Part shown: positions 59,050-64,000 of the stretch, piece by piece
How positions within the stretch are numbered: position 1 is the stretch's first letter
Layout of the letters: each line of letters starts with the position of its first letter
Assembly: GCA_028023455.1 (NCBI GenBank)
Contig: JAQFVV010000006.1
Location: 1,426,001-1,490,000 of the forward strand
Reading direction: 5' to 3'
From: Epiperipatus broadwayi
Lineage: Eukaryota; Animalia; Onychophora
DNA length: 64,000 nt
The notes under the pieces: generated by a model
Database searches by the model: none
Told to the model about the DNA's origin: nothing
The model's input: only the letters and a program-made list of their open reading frames with translations
Made by a program: the position numbers and the translations under genes

Positions 59050-62000
59050 TGAGTTATAATTTGTGTTTGTGTGTAGATGTTCTTATGTGTTTCAGTAGCA
59101 CCATTTGTCTTATGGGAAAGTTATTTTAGAATTAGATATTGATTTAATAGGTTCTATGATTGTATGCAGATATTTTGTCTATGGAGGAGGTTTGTCTGTA
59201 GGTATTATTTTAAGAGTGATTTCTAAATGTAGATATATTCTTGTCATGGATGATAAAAAGATTAATAGTTTTTTGTATTGTAAATACATGAATAGAAGTA
59301 GTTCTAATCCATTTAGGTTGCTATGATATCTCATTTGCTTGAGTGAGATGGCCACTATCTCCCCCCCATAAAAGTTTTCTATACAGTGAATAAATCTTTG
59401 ATGTAAAGGATTTTGTGAAGACTATAATAAAGTTTATAATAAGTAATTTTTGTTATAATCAGCATGTTTATAAGTGATACTTTCGATTATAGAGAAAGAT
59501 ACGATTTTGAGAGGGAGGATATGGTCCATTCTGTTGTTTGAATTAGTTTGTTTTGTATTTGCCTTCGCAAAGCCATGTGACCCAAGTTAAAGAAGAATTC
59601 TAAATAGGCTGTAGGTTTACCCTGAACTATGTTTGTATGTGTTTTGCCTGTATATATACACCATGCGCATGTTTTACCAAGATCAAATTCTACTTTATAG
59701 GTGCAAGTGTATTCATGTAATATATCAGCTAGTGGTTGCATTTGTTTTTTTAGTTTATCTATGTAGCCTATTCGGGCTGCATTATGATCAAGTGTGGGTT
59801 TATAAATCCCTGGCAGCCATTTTTCAATGGTATTACGTAGTGGATTTATATATATGGCAAATAGCAAGGCACTAAGCGGAAACCCTTGTGGGATTGATTG
59901 ATGGGGATTAAAAGGAAGAGACATTTTCCCATTTAGAGTTATGTACATTTCTCTATTTATTAGCAAGTTTGTGAGCAAACATAATATTGATTTTGATACT
60001 GTTGTTTTCTTCTAATGTTTTTAAGAGTACATCAATTGGTACTGAATCAAAAGCAGTCCTTATATCCAGTTGTACTGCCATTGGGCTATACTTTTTTGGA
60101 TTTCGCACAGTTTCATTGACAGTTTTGAATACAAAAGCTACCTTGTCCTGTTAATGAGCTTTTTAAAGCAAATTGTGCCTGCAAAAACAAAAGTATAAGG
60201 TGTGGTTCAATTTTATTTTTTTATCTCAGTTTTAAGTAATTTAATACCCAATGGACCCATAGATATTGTGCTTATGTTTTTCACTGTACAGGGTGAAGTT
60301 TGTTTCTTCATAAATGGGAATGATTACTATAGGGTATATATCCGGAATATGATATATCCTTTTCGAAAGAAAGTTTAGCCATGTCTGCAAGATAAATAGA
60401 AGCGAACTGACTTGATGCTCCTGGATGGCATGAATCTGGCATTTTCTCCAAACTTTGGACAAAATCTTTAGGTTTGACTATTTCTGGATCATCCAGTATT
60501 TGTAAATTGGCTAAAAGATGGTTTAAATACTGGCTCATTTTGAAGTATTTTCTTAAAGTGTTTGTGTACTGTTGTTAGCATATTATTACCTGTGACAATT
60601 ACATCTTTAGTCACTAATGCTGAAGGAACTCTTGTGGCAGGTAGTTGGCTTAGTGCCCATTGAATATATTTTCTGGACCAGATATATATTTATGTGATGA
60701 CTCTTCTTTTTTATAGTAATGTATTCTTTTAACACATCACATGTGGATTTGTACGTTTTTTTTAGTTTAATTAATAATTGATTATTTTCTGTAGTGGGGG
60801 TACTACATATTATCCTCTTATGTAAGTCACCAATAAAAGCTAAGAGTTTTGTTGGTGGTGTAGTGGTTCTTGTGACATAGTTTATAGTATGGGATATCAT
60901 TTGTGTGTATGGTATCCATTTTTTTACAGAGTCCATTTCTAAGCTGTTTAGTTTGGGTAATAAAAGGTATATTTCTGAGAATAAAAATTCTGTTGTTCTT
61001 GTACATAATAGGATTCTTATTGTTCTTTTGTGCAGTGTTGCATGGTATGCATAATTTAAATGAAGAATGGCCATTATTGCTGCACGATCTGATAAAGGAG
61101 AGGACTAGCTGAATGTTTAGTGTGTGGTGAAGCAATGGTGCGTGAAGCACTAGATCTGACATTATTGAATGAAGCAAAAATCCTTCACCACTCATAAGTG
61201 GACCATTGATAAGGCACAACCATTTATTCACAAATATAGAATATGACTTGTTCAAGTCTCCCATTAGCATGAACGGCTGTGAGGAGGTAACAAATAATAA
61301 ATTTGTTTTGAACAATTCTGGTAATAGGGTTCTGGTTCGGGGGCATACACACAAACACTACATTTAAACTTATAATCTTATGTTGTATTGTGAGTATTAT
61401 TGTATGCTCATCTGTAAATAAAATGTTGAATGAGTTAAATGGGCACGATTTCATAATTATTACTCCTGTCCCCTGCTGAGGGTCCCAGTCTGTTCAAGTA
61501 CTTAGAAGGATCAGTTTGTGATCCACTGTAGATATTTGCATCTATTGATTCTAATATATGTGGTTGCACTACGTCGAACATTTAATCAGCTGCTAATTTT
61601 TTGCTACAGCATTCAAACCCCTAACGTTATGTACATTTAGTTTTAGTTTCATTATGTATATTATTATTTACTCTACCTAGCCTACTTCTTTTTGTATTAT
61701 GATACTCAAAACCTGTTAAACCTATATATCAACTAGATAGAATAAGTTTCATTATGTGTAGATATGTTATATTTGTGTCGCGTGTGCAATCGGTGTTCTC
61801 TAATGTTAGTAACTATATCATTTGGTTTAGTATAGTGAGAAATGCTTACTCTTCCCAAGTGCGCATTGTTGTCTCTTGAGATGTCAGCAAACTCTGCTTT
61901 GACTTGATTGTCTTTTCTTTTCTGCTTTAAATTGTTCTAGCAATGATGATGACTCTTCATCCTCACTGTTGTTTTGTGATATGCTTGGTATATTTTTTGC

Positions 62001-62530
62001 ATGTTTTTTTCCTGGTCGGCCAGGCTTTCTACTGCTTGGAGCATTACCTGTGTTGTGTAGCACTTGTGTTAAAATGTCCGTTACTTCTGATGATGTTTTG
62101 TTTATTATTATATTTGCTAACAAATTATTTGTTGGATGGATATTACGTTCATTATTTTCTCGTATAAATTGTTTTCCAAATCAGGTAGGGTATTAGATTC
62201 CATATAGGGTATTAACCGTCTTGAACTTTTTTCTTTGATGGTTTGTTTACCGAATTATAATGTTTGCACTGTGCATTATCACAATTGACTGTCAGATGAC
62301 TGCGGAGGCCATACTGAAAACACACGTTTTATCCCTCGAATGAATATTAGCAGCGTAGCCTCTTGATCTGTAACTTGCGGGGGTAGGCTTCGCAGATCGA
62401 CGCTGTTGCACAATTGAACTCTTGAATTCATAACTGTTTCCAAAAATAGTTTTTGGAGTATCTTTGCAGTATACAAGTCCCTAATTAATGATGTTACCGA
62501 ATGGTTCCATAAGCTACTGAAAATCATGTA
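59050..62530 (-). mobile_element. Decayed L1/Tx1-like LINE (ORF1 remnants, APE endonuclease, RT)
   Basis: Minus ORF pieces: 61884-62527 (ORF1-like), 60827-61454 (APE: VCMPP, MLMGDLN), 60241-60538 (PDSCHPG, YSGYIP), and 59487-59978 (RT: SIPQGFPLSALLFAIYINPL). Confidence 0.75.
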
Positions 62531-64000
62531 CAGCGTAATTTAGATATGCATTTTTGAGCACTCCAGTAATCATGCTTTGTCTCTGCTGATTTGTTATGAA
62601 TAGTGCATGCTTGTCTTTTAAATTGATTTCTTTGGTCGATATCAAAAAATTCTAAGACAAGGTAATGATGATTAGGATGATCTGCTATTGTCAGAATGCT
62701 ATCTCACATATTTGAAGTAAAAGCGCTTCATACAATAGTTCCATTGGAAAACTATAGAGAATAGGTAATATCTGTAACAGCTAATGTCAAGCAGTGAAAA
62801 AATTTTTTAAAAGAATTAAATAATTCTCAAGGGATAGTCAAATTAAATTTGATTGAAATATTTTCCAACATTTCATCTGTCCATTGCATACTCGGGCCTA
62901 CATTATTTTCTGAACATATCGTAATAATGGCATAAAGTATATTGACTGCTTAACAATTTTACTTGGTTGTAATAACTTGTTTCGTGGGGATGGGGGGATC
63001 TGTAAATAATTAAACATGTTGCTTTAATGGAATGAGGCAATGAAATCATTGCTTTGCTGGGTTTAATGCAATGTCAGAATACCAGATGTGGAATGTGAGG
63101 TTTACAGATCGATTCCAGTTTTGGTATCTCAACGCTCAGACTTTGTATGAATTCTCAAGCCGTTTGATTATTCGTTTTATTTATTTTTATCATTTGGTAA
63201 ACAGGGTTAAAAGTTTAAAAATGTTGATCCAAACAATGCTCTAGAGAGATGCAAAGGGTGATTTGTGAATTTGGGTAAATATGTCATTTGATCAACAGAT
63301 ATCTACAAAGCATAATTAATTTCAGGCAGTTAAGCAGTCAATCTTAGCTTAAGATTGAGCTTCATGTTTCCACCTACTAACCTATATTCAAACCCTATAT
63401 CCCATCCCGCTCCTTTTGTCGTGTATATATATATATTGTGTATATATTTGAGATGTGCGCCTAAGTTATAAAATTTTAACGTTTCAATAACAATTTTAAA
63501 ATTATTATTAATTCTTTTTTATTAATTATTAGTTCTTTTTTATTAAAGTATTATAGGTGCGGCTCAAATATATATATATATAGGAGCAAAATACTAACAA
63601 AATATTGATTTTTTTGTAAATATTTTATTATACGTCATTTTTAAACTTTTTCTTTTTAAAGTAATTTTTTTTATTAAAATGTATATTTTATAAAATCCAA
63701 GACGGAAGAAGCAACAGTTAATTGTCCAAAAATAATTAAAGGGTTGGAAACACTATTGTTTTAATCTGGGGAAGGTATTTTTTAATTAAAGTTTTACTTA
63801 AAATAACATGAGGATTAAGATTAAAGATTTTGTTTTAATTATAAACATTTTTCTCAAATCTATTTCTAATCTGGAAATAGATTTGAATTTATTTTTGGAT
63901 GTTATCTAACAGTTGCATCTTTCAAAAACAATGAACTAAGTAATTAGAAGCATTCCAGAAATACTTGAGCAGAGTATAAAATGGCGGTTTTTAAATCACC

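Overview
AT-rich eukaryotic (probably arthropod) genomic DNA. Four + strand coding exons of the DEAD-box helicase DDX55/Spb4 (4338-4431, 11498-11553, 15374-15560, 29381-29505) are separated by very large, repeat-filled introns, and I found no further exon in the remaining ~34.5 kb. The main unexplained structure is a Penelope-like retroelement (PLE)/retrozyme system. First, a ~4.75-kb head-to-head palindrome of a PLE (RT + GIY-YIG) carries a U3-A8 variant hammerhead ribozyme (HHR) in each 3' end, and a mini-palindrome of the same element lies at 42.3-43.0 kb. Second, at least three distinct non-coding ~410-450-nt repeat families (called A, B and D here) each carry a minimal type I HHR with a tiny, usually palindromic, stem III loop. 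Compensatory changes are visible between copies. These families occur as circularly permuted tandem or 1.2-mer units and as 'tail-out' inverted pairs. Several pairs are bounded by 9-20-bp target-site duplications (TSDs), and in most pairs one arm has a 3' tail about 30-50 nt longer than the other. About 20 intact or decayed HHR motifs are present. The rest is decayed LINEs (L1/Tx1-like, RTE, and a zinc-knuckle LINE with an (ACATC)n tail), mariner and hAT transposase relics, MITEs and short tandem duplications. All RNA structures were folded by eye, and ribozyme activity is untested.
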